A stretch of DNA of 64,000 nucleotides from Malacoraja senta. Its lineage: Eukaryota. The notes beneath the pieces were generated by a model. The model was not told the origin of the DNA. It saw nothing but the letters and a program-made list of their open reading frames with translations, and did not search any database. Below are positions 62,991-64,000 of the stretch, piece after piece. Numbering within the stretch: the first letter of the stretch is position 1; every line of letters starts with the position of its first letter. Location of the stretch: the NCBI GenBank assembly GCA_038087875.1, contig CM075996.1, positions 4,528,001 through 4,592,000 of the forward strand, written 5' to 3'. The translations under genes and the position numbers were made by a program.

Positions 62991-63529
62991 GCATCAGCTT
63001 TAATTTCCCACATTCCTTTTAAAATCACCATCTTCTGGGTAGCATTTAAAAAAAAAAGAGAATTAAATGTGTGTCATCTTAATGGAGTGAAATCCTATGT
63101 TCTGGAAAATCTACCAGTCTGGCTTAAGTCTTGAGCTAATGGATTATTGGAGTTTTATTGTAAAATACACAAAGTTGTTTACCTCATTGATAGTTCTTGT
63201 AACTGGCACAAAACAAATCAATTTAATTTGGTCAGTCCTGAGATTGCCTTCAGCAAGTCAATGTTGATTTCCCTTCTTTAACAACTCATGTCTCAATATC
63301 CACAACTAATATCGGGCTCAACTGTACTTCTTTCCAATCGAATGTGGCGTTTAAGAGGCTTTTGGATAGGCACATGGATATGCAGGGAATGGGGGAACAT
63401 GGATTAAGTGTGAGCTGATAGGAGTCCGCCTCAACATCATGCTTGACACAGACATTGTGGGCTGAAGGCAGTGCTGCACTGCACTTTGTTCTAATGTGCT
63501 GCAGTCACTGTTTCCAGCGTGGCCTCCAC

Positions 63530-64000
63530 TACTTCGAAGAAACCAAACATAGACTGAGTGATTCCATTGCACTCAGTCAGTAGGAGTGATTCTGAGCTTC
63601 CAGTTGCTTGCCACTTTAATTCACCATCTCTCGCTCTGTCTGTGGCCGCCTACATTGTTATAATAAAGCCTAACACAAGCTTGAGGAAAAATCCCTTCTG
63701 TCTGGGCATGTCGCAGCCTGCAGAACTCAATATTGAATTCTCCAACATTAGATAACTCGCTCCTTCATTCTGTTTGTATGAGAACTGGCCTTTTGTGCCT
63801 GCCAACCTTTCATCTTTTCCATTTTGTTTTGTATAGTCAGATTATACAACATTGCAGCAGACAAAGAAGTTTATCTACTCCATTATTTCTCTATTACTGC
63901 CCCTCCTTTGCCCTCTCTGCTGCCGAGACCAACGTATTTCTTTCGTTCTCAGTTCTAATGAACGGTTCTAGATCTGGAACTTTAACTGATTCTCTTTCCA
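63530..64000 (+). mobile_element. Degenerate Penelope-like fragment
   Basis: ORF LHSVSRSDSELPVACHFNS..LNIEFSNIR resembles the end of the GIY-YIG ORF at 31846-32685. Confidence 0.55.

Overview
Vertebrate genomic DNA, most likely a cartilaginous fish (skate/ray-like), inferred from CR1/HER1-type LINEs, V-SINE/HE1-type SINEs and Penelope-like repeats. There are three spliced protein-coding genes, all on the + strand, reconstructed by hand from splice sites and reading phase: the last three coding exons of TOM1 (1687-6551); a complete CCDC134 (6 coding exons, 229 aa, 14513-22760) with a U12-type minor intron; and SREBF2 exons 1-18 (30338-61723; the last exon lies beyond the window) with the miR-33 hairpin in intron 16. 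Most listed ORFs are spurious intronic or repeat ORFs. The most unusual signals are: (1) many short dispersed Penelope-derived units that begin at a minimal hammerhead ribozyme core, some flanked by 10-bp duplications; (2) two 26-28 bp palindromes, each flanked by a perfect 8-bp duplication, resembling P-element excision footprints, one of them in the CCDC134 promoter; (3) a 119-aa Gln-rich repeat expansion in SREBF2 exon 2; (4) non-autonomous DNA transposons with uncommon end structures (TAG..CTA ends with 3-bp TSD; CAGGGC ends with 5-bp TSD; Harbinger-like MITEs); (5) SREBF2 regulatory features: SRE-like + NF-Y promoter sites, uORFs and a DRSR-to-DSSR change. All family assignments come from recalled motif knowledge, not database searches.
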